From contig JBBAVM010000003.1 in the NCBI GenBank assembly GCA_040397685.1, positions 1 to 61,930 on the forward strand: 61,930 bases of DNA, read 5' to 3'. Made by a program: the position numbers and the translations under genes. Under the pieces are notes generated by a model that did no database searches, was not told the origin of the DNA, and saw nothing but the letters and a program-made list of their open reading frames with translations. The stretch is from Pirellulales bacterium (GTDB lineage: Bacteria; Planctomycetota; Planctomycetia; Pirellulales; UBA1268). Of this stretch, positions 37,142 to 45,858 are shown piece by piece (the stretch's first letter is position 1; every line of letters begins with the position of its first letter).

Positions 37142-38830
37142 TCAGGAGGCGAAGGCGCCCGCCAGCTGGGCCGCCGCATACAGCCCCGACCAGAACAGGC
37201 CGAAGGCGACGACCGGCAGCACGAGGGCTGTGACCACGGCACCCGGGACCGACACGAGTGGGAAGGGCTCGGTGGCCCGCTCGTCCGACGGCGGATCGAA
37301 CGTCATCACCTTCAGCACCCGGAGGTAGTAGAACAGGCTGATGACGGTGTTGAGCCCGCCGACCATGAGGAGCACGAGCATCAGGGGCCGCTCGGCCCCC
37401 GCCGCGATCGCCTCGACGAGCGAGGAAAACACCAGGAACTTCGAGACGAAGCCGGCCAGCGGCGGCAGCCCGATCAGGCTCACGAGCACCACCGCGGTGG
37501 CCACGACGATGCCCGGGCTCGTCCGCACGAGGCCCGCGTAGGCGGAAATCTCCTCGCTCCGCAGCGTGTTGCGCAGCAGCGCCACGATCGCGAACGCGCC
37601 GAGGTTCATGAAGACGTAGGTGCCGAGATAGAAGGCCACCGCCGTCACCGCGTCGCGGGCTCCCGACGCCGACGTGCCGGCGAGGGCGATCGCCGCCGCC
37701 ACGCCCATCATCAGGTAGCCCGCATGGGCGATGGTGGAGTAGGCGAGCAATCGCTTCATGTTCGTCTGGCCGTAGGCGGCGAGGTTGCCGAGCGTGCAGG
37801 TCACCGCCGCCATGAGGGCCACGACGTAGACCATGAAGTGCCGGGTGTCGGCGAGCGCCGCGAGGGTCGGAGCGGCCGCTTCACCGACGGCCGGGACACC
37901 GAGGCTGCCGGCCGGGACGCCGAGGCTGCCGGCCGGGACGCCGAGCGAGTACGTCACACGCAGCAGGAGCGCTACGGCCGCCGCCTTGCTCGCCACGGAG
38001 AGGAACGCCCCCACTTCCGCCGCCGCACCCTCGAACACGTCCGGGCACCAGAAGTGAAACGGCACCGCCGAGAGCTTGAACGCCAGGCCGACGGCGAGCA
38101 TCAGTCCGGCGAGCGACAGCACCATCACGCTGCCGCCGGCGACGCCCGCATGCCCGGCCTTCGCCAACTCGGCGGCCATCGTCGGCAGGTGGCAGGTGCC
38201 GAGCGTTCCCGCCAGCAGGCTCAGACCGTAGAGCATGATCCCGGCGGCACCGGCGCCGTACACGGCGTATTTGAGCGCCGCCTCGGAACTCGCCTTCCGC
38301 CCCTTGAGCAGGCCCGCGAGGGCATACGACGGCACGCTCGCCATCTCCACGGCCATGAAGAGCATCAGCAGGTGGTTGGCCGACGCCATCAAGCACATGC
38401 CGAGCGTCGCGCCGAGCACGAGCGTGTAGAAGTCGGCGCCGTCCTCGCGGTCGGGGATCCCCGAAACCCGCGTGAACACGATGTAGAGAGCGAGGAAGCC
38501 GAGCAACAACAGCCGGATGTACGCCGTGAGCGAGTCGTAGACGATCAGGCCGGTGAACAGTTCCTGCCGGCCCGCGAGGAGATCGCCACCCGCCGGCAGC
38601 GACGTGAAATCGCTCCAGGCGTACCACAGCCCGAATGCCACGCCACCGAGCGCGACCAGGGCCGAATCGGCCTGCCGGAGGACGGGCAGCATCCGGCAGA
38701 CGAGCAGCAGGACGATCGTCGCCGCCAGGCACAGTTCCGGCCGAAACAGGGGCGCCGACACCTCGAGCGTGTTCGCGAGCGTGTCGGTGATGAGACTTCC
38801 CAGATTCACGGCCAGATTCACGGCGGACAC
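37142..38830 (-). CDS. nuoN: NADH-quinone oxidoreductase subunit N
   Basis: 562-aa polytopic antiporter-like subunit (LLAYSTIAHAGYLMMG). Last gene of the nuoH-N run. Confidence 0.9.
   Translation of the reverse strand: MSAVNLAVNLGSLITDTLANTLEVSAPLFRPELCLAATIVLLLVCRMLPVLRQADSALVALGGVAFGLWYAWSDFTSLPAGGDLLAGRQELFTGLIVYDSLTAYIRLLLLGFLALYIVFTRVSGIPDREDGADFYTLVLGATLGMCLMASANHLLMLFMAVEMASVPSYALAGLLKGRKASSEAALKYAVYGAGAAGIMLYGLSLLAGTLGTCHLPTMAAELAKAGHAGVAGGSVMVLSLAGLMLAVGLAFKLSAVPFHFWCPDVFEGAAAEVGAFLSVASKAAAVALLLRVTYSLGVPAGSLGVPAGSLGVPAVGEAAAPTLAALADTRHFMVYVVALMAAVTCTLGNLAAYGQTNMKRLLAYSTIAHAGYLMMGVAAAIALAGTSASGARDAVTAVAFYLGTYVFMNLGAFAIVALLRNTLRSEEISAYAGLVRTSPGIVVATAVVLVSLIGLPPLAGFVSKFLVFSSLVEAIAAGAERPLMLVLLMVGGLNTVISLFYYLRVLKVMTFDPPSDERATEPFPLVSVPGAVVTALVLPVVAFGLFWSGLYAAAQLAGAFAS
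37887..37947. repeat. In-frame 21-bp tandem repeat (about 3 copies) inside nuoN
   Basis: ccgaggctgccggccgggacg repeated; encodes SLGVPAG SLGVPAG SLGVPA in NuoN. Confidence 0.85.
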
Positions 38831-38840
38831 TCCTGCGACG

Positions 38841-40631
38841 TCAGCGGGCGGTGGATTCCGGGGCGGCGATCGTCGCCACAGCCGGGGCGGCGGGCGCGTC
38901 GTGCACGCGGCGCGTCCAATCCGCGAGCGTTTCGACCTGCCGGTTGACCGACGGCGTGACGTAGTTGAACAGGATCTGCGGCGCCACGCCGAACAGGATC
39001 GCGAAGAACACGAGCGGGGTCGCGATCGCGAGTTCCCGGGGCGTGATCGGCGTCAGGTGGTCGCCATGCGGCCCCTTGTACTCCGCCCCGAGGTAGACCC
39101 GCTGGATCGCCCAGAGGATGTAGGCTGCGGTGAGGATCACGGTGAACGCCGAGACCACGGCGAGCACGCGACTGTAGTTCCAACTCGAGAGCGTGACGAG
39201 CACTTCGCCGATGAAGCCGCACAGCCCCGGCAGGCCGAGGCCGGCGAAGAACACCGCCACCGCGAGGCCGCTGTAGACCGGCATCCGGTTGAAGATCCCG
39301 CCGAACTCCTCGAGGTTGCGGTGGTGCACGCGGTCGTAGAGCACGCCCACCATGAAGAACATGCCCGCCGAGGAGATGCCGTGGGCGAGCATCTGGAACA
39401 TCGCGCCGTTGACGCCCTGGGCCCAGGCGTCCCAGCGGTACTCATGCCCCGCGACGGCGCTCCACACGCCCAGCCCAAGCATCACATAGCCCATGTGGCT
39501 CACGGAACTGTAGGCCACCATCCGCTTGAAGTCCTTCTGGGCGAGCGCGGCGAAGGCGCCGTAGACCATCGACACGACTCCCAGCCCGCAGACGAGCCAG
39601 GCGAAGTCGAGCCCGGCTCCGGGGCAGATCGGATAGCAGATCCGCAGGATGCCGTATCCACCCAGCTTGAGCAGGATGCCGGCGAGGATCATGGAGATGG
39701 GCGTCGGCGCCTCGACGTGGGCGTCGGGCAGCCAGGTGTGCACGGGCACGACCGGCACCTTGATCACGAACCCGATGAGCAGGAGCAGGAAGGCCCACTT
39801 CTCGAGGCTCATGCCCCACAGCTGCGTGGCGGCAAACGGGGAATTCGGCAACTGCCCGATCTGGGCGAGCGCCAGGAGGTTGAACGTGTGCACCGGCGCC
39901 TTCGCGTCCTTCACGGCCCGCACGGCGTCGGCCTGGGCGGCCGCATCGAGCCCCGGGCTCACCACATGGCTGGCGATCAACTGCTCGGGCGACAGCTGCC
40001 TGAGGTCGCTCGTGAAATAGAGCATGAGGATCGCCAGGAGCATCAGCACGCTGCCCAGCAGCGTGTAGAGGAAGAACTTGATCGCCGCATACTCCCGGCG
40101 GGGCCCGCCCCAGATGCCGATGAGGAAGTACATCGGCAGGAGCATCACCTCCCAGAACACGTAGAACAGGAAGAAGTCGAGCGACACGAACACGCCGAGC
40201 ATGCCCGTCACGAGGAGCAGGAACAGCACGTGGTACGCCTTCACGTGCTTCGTGATCGGCCAGCTCGCGGCGGCCGCCAGCATCGAGAGGAACGTCGTGA
40301 GCACGACGAGCGGCAGGCTGATGCCGTCCACGCCCAGCAGGTACTCGATCCCGAACGCCTTGATCCACGGCACCTTGACCATGGCCTGCATGCCCGGCTC
40401 GCCGAGGCGGAACTGCGCCGGACCTGCGGCCCCGAACAACTGCGGCCATGCCATCCACAGCGACAGCACGAACACCACGGCGGTCGTGAGGAGCGTCGTC
40501 CAGCGAATGAACTCCTCGCGGGCCTTGGGCACGATCGGCAGCGAGAGGAACGCGGCCACGAGCGCCGGCAGGAAGACGATCGCCGTCAGGGGCCAGAGGG
40601 CGGGCTGCACGAGGGAGGCTGCTGGATCCAT
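38841..40631 (-). CDS. nuoM: NADH-quinone oxidoreductase subunit M
   Basis: Internal ATG (MDPAASLVQPALW) of ORF 38841..42659. VHTWLPDAHVEAPTPISMILAGILLKLGGYG. Confidence 0.9.
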   Translation of the reverse strand: MDPAASLVQPALWPLTAIVFLPALVAAFLSLPIVPKAREEFIRWTTLLTTAVVFVLSLWMAWPQLFGAAGPAQFRLGEPGMQAMVKVPWIKAFGIEYLLGVDGISLPLVVLTTFLSMLAAAASWPITKHVKAYHVLFLLLVTGMLGVFVSLDFFLFYVFWEVMLLPMYFLIGIWGGPRREYAAIKFFLYTLLGSVLMLLAILMLYFTSDLRQLSPEQLIASHVVSPGLDAAAQADAVRAVKDAKAPVHTFNLLALAQIGQLPNSPFAATQLWGMSLEKWAFLLLLIGFVIKVPVVPVHTWLPDAHVEAPTPISMILAGILLKLGGYGILRICYPICPGAGLDFAWLVCGLGVVSMVYGAFAALAQKDFKRMVAYSSVSHMGYVMLGLGVWSAVAGHEYRWDAWAQGVNGAMFQMLAHGISSAGMFFMVGVLYDRVHHRNLEEFGGIFNRMPVYSGLAVAVFFAGLGLPGLCGFIGEVLVTLSSWNYSRVLAVVSAFTVILTAAYILWAIQRVYLGAEYKGPHGDHLTPITPRELAIATPLVFFAILFGVAPQILFNYVTPSVNRQVETLADWTRRVHDAPAAPAVATIAAPESTAR

Positions 40632-40681
40632 GGGAAAGTCCGCGGGAAGGGGAGGTTGCTCGGGGGTCGGGGGTGTGCCGG

Positions 40682-43120
40682 TCAGCCGGCCATCGTCGTC
40701 CGGAACAGGAGGCTCGCCAGGACGAAAAGGGCCACGGTGCCGACCACGATGAACATCACGTACTGCCGGAGGTGGCCGGTCTGGAGTTTCTTCAGCTCGA
40801 GGCCCGCGTGCCACGTGGCCCGGGCCGTCGCGTTCACGAGCCCGTCCACGATCGTGCGGTCGATCCAGGCGTCGAGGCCGGCAATCTGGCGGGTGCCCCA
40901 GGCCAGGCCGTCGATGATGCGGTCGATCACGCCGCGATCGGTGCCGCTCGCGAGTTTCGCGATCCCGAGGGCGGGCACGACGAACAGGGCGTGGTACAGC
41001 TCGTCGAAATACCAGCGGCCCGCGAGAAACGCGTACACGGGCTTGAAGACCGTGGCCACCACGGCGGGCGAGATGATCTTCAGGAGATACATGAGCGCCG
41101 CGAGGACGACGCCGGCCAGGGCCGTGGAAAACGCGGTCAGGGTCGCCGTGACATGGATGGCCCCCTCGTGGCTCTCGTGCTCGGCGGGAAACACGAGGTT
41201 GCCGAACGCGAACCCGCCGGTCATCCCCTCCGCCGTGCCCGTTGGCCGGGCCTGCTCCAGGAGATTCGTCAGGCCAAAGCCGCCGGGCAGCGTCCAGCCC
41301 GCGACGACGGCCAGCACCGAGAGCACGACGAGCGGAGCCACCATCACCATCGGCGACTCGTGGGCGTGCTCGGCGACATGGTGGTCGCGCGGCTCGCCCG
41401 CGAACGTCATGAACCACAGCCGGAACATGTAGAACGCCGTGAGGAACGCCCCGCCGGCGACGGCCAGGAACAGGATCGAGTGGGCGGGATTTGCGCGGGA
41501 GAACGCCAGCGCCTGGGCGAGGATCGCATCCTTCGAGTAGTAGCCCGACAGGCCGATGACGAACGGGATTCCGGCACCGATGATCGCCAGGCAACCGACG
41601 AGCATCGTGCCGGCTGTCCAGGGCATGACGCGGGCCAGGCCGCCCATCTTCCGCATGTCGTTGGTGTGGCAGGCGTGGATCACCGAGCCCGAACAGAGAA
41701 ACAGCAGGCTCTTGAAGAAGGCGTGGGTCACGAGATGGAAGAGCCCGGCCGACCAGCCGCCGACGCCGAGGGCGAGCATCATGTAGCCGAGCTGGCTGAC
41801 GGTCGAATAGGCGAGCACCCGCTTGATGTCGTTGGCGACGAGCGCGATCGTCGCCGCGATGAACAGCGTGATCGCCCCGACGTAGGCGATCACGAGCAGC
41901 ACGTCGGGCGTGAGCACCGGGTAGAAGCGGCCCACGAGATACACGCCGGCCGCGACCATCGTGGCCGAGTGCACGAGCGCGGAGACGGGCGTCGGCCCCT
42001 CCATCGCGTCCGGGAGCCAGACGAAGAGCGGGAACTGGGCACTCTTGCCGACGCACCCGCAGAAGATGCCGAGCCCCGCGATGAACAGCAGCCAGCGCCC
42101 GAGGCCCATGCTCCGCCACGTGTCGATCTTGCCGGGCACCTCGGCGGGGGGCGTCTTCACGAGTTCGTTCGCGGCGGCGAACTTCACCATCCCGTCCGGC
42201 ACCTGGATCCCATGCCCGTTCGCGGCGGGCCGCACGAGGCTGAAGAGCCCCGGCCGGGTCACGGCGGAACCATCGGCTGCCGGCGTGGTCGAGTCGGCGA
42301 ACTGGAGCGTGCCGAGCGCCCCCCACAGGGCCATCAGGCCGATCAGCATCCCGAAGTCGCCGACGCGGTTGACGATGAACGCCTTGTTGGCGGCGGTCGA
42401 GGCACTCTTCCGCTCGTAGTAGAAGCCGATCAGGAACCACGAGCAGATGCCCACGAGTTCCCAGAAGATGAACACCATCGCGAGGTTGCCGGCAATCACG
42501 ATGCCGAGCATCGAGAAGCAGAACAGCGACAGGGCTTGGAAAAACCGCGGAAACCGCCCGGGCCGGTGCAGGTGGCCGCCGCCCGAGAGATGCACCTCGT
42601 GGTCGGTCACGTCGTGCAGTTCGTCGTGCATGTAGCCCGAGGCGTACACGTGGATGCACGTCGCGATGAACGTGACGACGACGAACATCAAGATCGTCAG
42701 GGCGTCGATGTACCAGCCGATCGAGAGCCGGAGGTTTCCGCCGTGGTAGAGCGTGTACCAGTCGCCCGCGTAAGCGGCCGGCTGGACCGCGCCTGCATGA
42801 CCGCCATGATCACCATGCCCCCCATCAGCGCCATGACCCGCTGGCTCGGCGGCATGCGCCTCGCCATGCTGACCGCCGCCGTGGTGGGCCGCCTGAACGG
42901 GGTGGGCCGCCAGCCAGCTCCCGGCCGCGAGGAGCGAGAGCACGAGCGACGTGACGATCGCCGCGGTCGCCACCCACGCGGCGTTGCGGCCGTGCGGCCC
43001 CATCTTCGGACCGAAGAACAGGATCGCCACGAACGATGCCAGCGGCGCGAGCCAGGCCAGGCCGAGCAGCAGCGGAAGTTGGGCGGCGAGGTCCATGGTG
43101 AACTCGGAAGGTCCGGGCAT
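40682..43120 (-). CDS. nuoL: NADH-quinone oxidoreductase subunit L
   Basis: 812-aa ORF: WELVGICSWFLIGFYY, VWLPDAMEGPTPVSALVHSATMV. Start may instead be MDLAAQ at 43096. Confidence 0.9.
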   Translation of the reverse strand: MPGPSEFTMDLAAQLPLLLGLAWLAPLASFVAILFFGPKMGPHGRNAAWVATAAIVTSLVLSLLAAGSWLAAHPVQAAHHGGGQHGEAHAAEPAGHGADGGHGDHGGHAGAVQPAAYAGDWYTLYHGGNLRLSIGWYIDALTILMFVVVTFIATCIHVYASGYMHDELHDVTDHEVHLSGGGHLHRPGRFPRFFQALSLFCFSMLGIVIAGNLAMVFIFWELVGICSWFLIGFYYERKSASTAANKAFIVNRVGDFGMLIGLMALWGALGTLQFADSTTPAADGSAVTRPGLFSLVRPAANGHGIQVPDGMVKFAAANELVKTPPAEVPGKIDTWRSMGLGRWLLFIAGLGIFCGCVGKSAQFPLFVWLPDAMEGPTPVSALVHSATMVAAGVYLVGRFYPVLTPDVLLVIAYVGAITLFIAATIALVANDIKRVLAYSTVSQLGYMMLALGVGGWSAGLFHLVTHAFFKSLLFLCSGSVIHACHTNDMRKMGGLARVMPWTAGTMLVGCLAIIGAGIPFVIGLSGYYSKDAILAQALAFSRANPAHSILFLAVAGGAFLTAFYMFRLWFMTFAGEPRDHHVAEHAHESPMVMVAPLVVLSVLAVVAGWTLPGGFGLTNLLEQARPTGTAEGMTGGFAFGNLVFPAEHESHEGAIHVTATLTAFSTALAGVVLAALMYLLKIISPAVVATVFKPVYAFLAGRWYFDELYHALFVVPALGIAKLASGTDRGVIDRIIDGLAWGTRQIAGLDAWIDRTIVDGLVNATARATWHAGLELKKLQTGHLRQYVMFIVVGTVALFVLASLLFRTTMAG

Positions 43121-43503
43121 CAGCCCTTGAGGTCGTCCGCCCGATCGACGTCAACGGTGGCGTGGTTGTTGTAGAAGGCAAGCGTGATCGCGAGCGCGAC
43201 GGCCGCCTCGGCTGCGGCGAGCAGGATCACGAACAGGGCGATCACCTGCCCGTCGATCCCCAGCGACGTCGCCCCCTGGCCGCGCAGGTAGGGCGACGCG
43301 AAGGCGACGAAATTCACGTTGGCCCCGTTGAGCACCAGCTCGATGCCCATCAGCACGCCGAGCGCGTTGCGTTTCACCGTCATGCAGACGATGCCGGCCG
43401 TGAACAGGATCGCTCCCACAACCAAGTAATGGCTCACGCTCACGCCGTCGCCGACGACGGACGCCACGAGCGGCATCAGGCCGGGCATGGTCAGGCCGCT
43501 CAT
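43120..43503 (-). CDS. nuoK: NADH-quinone oxidoreductase subunit K
   Basis: Internal ATG of ORF 43120..43812: HYLVVGAILFTAGIVCMTVKRNALGVLMGIELVLNGANVNFVAF...AAAEAAVALAI. The start could be a downstream Met. Confidence 0.85.
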   Translation of the reverse strand: MSGLTMPGLMPLVASVVGDGVSVSHYLVVGAILFTAGIVCMTVKRNALGVLMGIELVLNGANVNFVAFASPYLRGQGATSLGIDGQVIALFVILLAAAEAAVALAITLAFYNNHATVDVDRADDLKG

Positions 43504-44183
43504 CGGGCACCTCCAGCGCTCAGGGCCGAGGCCGAGCCGCCCGCCCGCCGTCGCACGTCCACCGGCGACGCCACCGACGCCGCAACCTCGATCGCCCGCG
43601 GCGTGCGCCGCCGCTTCGCCCGCGCAAGATAGGCGGCTCCGACGAGCACGACGAGCAGATGGACCGACACGATCTCGAACGGCAGGAGGTACCCGCTGCG
43701 CACTCCCTGCGGCGCGCCGGGCGGCGGGGCATCGACCCGCACGCCCACGAGGGCGGTGCCGATCGGAGTCGCCGCGGGCGGCGCCACTTCGCCGAGGGCC
43801 GGCCGCCGCCACGCCTCGACCGAGAAGGCGGCCTGCAGGAGGAGCGCGAGCAGCGAGGCGGCCACGATACCCGCAAGCACACGGTCACCCGTGGACGTCT
43901 TGATCGACACGAACGGCGCCTGCGCGGTGAGCATCACGCCGAACACGAGCAGCACGAGCGTGCCGCCGACGTAGATCATCAACTGCATCGCCCCGATGAA
44001 CTCGGCACCGGCCAGAAAAAACAGCCCCGCCGTGGCCCCGAGCGAAAGCACGAGATAGAGCGCCATCCGCACCACGTTGTCGGCGAGCACGACACCGACG
44101 GCGAAGCCGCAGGCGAGCAGCGCGAATACGTAGAAAAGCAACGTGTGGAAGTTGATCGCCGCGAGCATCAGGCACCCGGTCAT
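43500..44183 (-). CDS. nuoJ: NADH-quinone oxidoreductase subunit J
   Basis: Internal ATG (MTGCLMLAAINFHTLLFYVFALLAC...) overlapping the nuoH stop (ATGA). AEFIGAMQLMIYVGGTLVLLVFGVML. Confidence 0.85.
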   Translation of the reverse strand: MTGCLMLAAINFHTLLFYVFALLACGFAVGVVLADNVVRMALYLVLSLGATAGLFFLAGAEFIGAMQLMIYVGGTLVLLVFGVMLTAQAPFVSIKTSTGDRVLAGIVAASLLALLLQAAFSVEAWRRPALGEVAPPAATPIGTALVGVRVDAPPPGAPQGVRSGYLLPFEIVSVHLLVVLVGAAYLARAKRRRTPRAIEVAASVASPVDVRRRAGGSASALSAGGAR

Positions 44184-45385
44184 GGCCGCACCTCCGCCAC
44201 GGCCCGGGCCGACGCCGGCTCCGGACGCGCCGCCGCGCCGCCCGGCCCCTCGATCCAACCCTCGCGTATCTCGCCGGCCGGACGCGCGAGCCCGGGCACG
44301 AGGCCGCCGGGCAGGAACAACTGCCAGAGCATCGCCCCGGCGAACATGAAGGCCGCGATCGGGGTGCAGTATTTCAGGCAGGTGGTCATAACCTGGTCGA
44401 TCCGCAGCCGCGGCAGCGTCCAGCGGATCCACATCATGACGAGCACGCCGAGCGTCGCCTTGAGCAGCAGGTTGCCGCAGCCGATGAGCCGCACCAGGTA
44501 ATGAGCCGTGTCGCCCGTGCCGGCACTCAGGCCGAGGAGTTTCGCCACGGGAATCGGCCCGTTCCAGCCCCCGAGAAACAGCACGGCCGCCAGGGCGCTC
44601 ACGAGGAACATCGAGCCGTACTCCGCCATGAAGAAGAAACTCCAGCGAAGCCCGGAATACTCGGTGTGGAAACCGGCCACGAGTTCGCTCTCCGCCTCGG
44701 CGAGATCGAACGGGGCCCGGTTCACACTCGCGACCGCGCAGGTGACGTAGACCCAGAACACGACGAACGTGAACGGATCGTGGAACAGGTACCAGTTCGT
44801 GAACCATCCCGCCTGCTTCTCGGCGATCGTCACGAGGTCCATCGTTCCCGCGAGCATCACGGGCACGACGACGCACATGCCCAGCGGCACCTCGTAGCTC
44901 ACCACCTGCGCCGCCTCGCGCATCGCGCCGAACAACGACCACTTCGACGCCGAGGCATAGCCGGCGAGGATCACGCCGAATACCTCGAGCCCGAGCACGG
45001 CGACGACGAAAAACACGCCGACATTGAGCCGTTGGCCGACGAAGTCGAAGGCGAACGGCAGCGCGATGAACGCACAGAACGAGGCGCAGAAACTTACGTA
45101 GGGAGCGATGCGAAACAGGAGCCCGTCGGCCCCCTCGGGCATGAGATCCTCCTTGGCGAGCAGCTTGATGCCGTCGGCGAGCGACTGCAGCCAACCGAAC
45201 CGCCCGCCGGTGCGCGTGGGGCCAAGGCGATCCTGGATCCGGGCCGCGATCTTCCGCTCGGCCCAGATGAACACGAGCGCCCCGCCGGCGATCACGTTGA
45301 GGATCAAAAACGCCGCGACACCGGCCACGACGGTCCACGCGAGCCACGGAGGCAGGCCGACCGAATTAATGAGGAAATCAGCCAT
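44180..45385 (-). CDS. nuoH: NADH-quinone oxidoreductase subunit H
   Basis: 401-aa ORF: WAERKIAARIQDRLGPTRTG...LADGIKLL...EAESELVAGFHTEYSG. Confidence 0.92.
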   Translation of the reverse strand: MADFLINSVGLPPWLAWTVVAGVAAFLILNVIAGGALVFIWAERKIAARIQDRLGPTRTGGRFGWLQSLADGIKLLAKEDLMPEGADGLLFRIAPYVSFCASFCAFIALPFAFDFVGQRLNVGVFFVVAVLGLEVFGVILAGYASASKWSLFGAMREAAQVVSYEVPLGMCVVVPVMLAGTMDLVTIAEKQAGWFTNWYLFHDPFTFVVFWVYVTCAVASVNRAPFDLAEAESELVAGFHTEYSGLRWSFFFMAEYGSMFLVSALAAVLFLGGWNGPIPVAKLLGLSAGTGDTAHYLVRLIGCGNLLLKATLGVLVMMWIRWTLPRLRIDQVMTTCLKYCTPIAAFMFAGAMLWQLFLPGGLVPGLARPAGEIREGWIEGPGGAAARPEPASARAVAEVRP

Positions 45386-45546
45386 GCAGGACGCTATTTC
45401 CGCACGAAACAGGACTTCGTGAAATTTCGCACGAAGTCTGCCCTACGCCGGGCCAAATCACAAGTCCCGGCGGGAAACCGGCCCGCGGAACGAACTCGCC
45501 CAACCGGGCGTCGGGGGCATGGGCAGTCCGAAGCTTGCTCGACTCA

Positions 45547-45662
45547 CGGAAGCCCGAAGCGCAAGCGAGGAACGAGGTTGTTCCCTCGCTTGCGCTTCGG
45601 GCTTCCGTTCGGGCTTCCGTTCGGGCTTCCGTTCGGGCTTCCGTTCGGGCTTCCGTTCGGGG
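45547..45662. repeat. Hairpin-plus-array intergenic repeat, locus 2
   Basis: Arms cggaagcccgaagcgcaagcgagg (45547-45570) and ccctcgcttgcgcttcgggcttccg (45583-45607) around a 12-nt loop. Then 5.5 perfect tandem copies of ttcgggcttccg (45596-45662). Confidence 0.9.
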
Positions 45663-45849
45663 AGGCGAGGGGTTGCCCCTGCCGTTGAGACGGCGTATGT
45701 GACCAGCGCAGGCATGGATGCCGGAGCGCAGGCACATCCGAGTGAGTGAAGCCCAGGATGGGCGCAGCGAACGTCCGGCGAGACGGTACGGGGTAACCCC
45801 GAGCCGGATTGGGCGAGTTCCGGCATGACAGGCTGAAGCCTGTCCCACG
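45661..45849 (-). repeat. Multi-hairpin intergenic repeat, partial copy 3, plus gacaggc hairpin module
   Basis: ggaggcgaggggttgcccct...ggcgcagcgaacgtccggcgagacggtacggggtaaccccgagccggattgggcgagttc matches the first module of copies 1 and 2. catgacaggctgaagcctgtcccacg lies at 45824-45849. Confidence 0.8.
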
Positions 45850-45858
45850 ACAGGGCGA

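Noticed and set aside
36623-43174. Plus-strand ORFs 36623..38947, 38553..41432 and 40673..43174
   Set aside because: They are antisense to nuoN, nuoM and nuoL, with His/Arg/Glu/Asp-rich shadow translations.
45596-45662. 12-bp tandem arrays (also 52271-52294 and 61864-61930) as a CRISPR array
   Set aside because: The units are directly adjacent with no spacers, and 12 bp is far shorter than CRISPR repeats. No cas genes are in the window.
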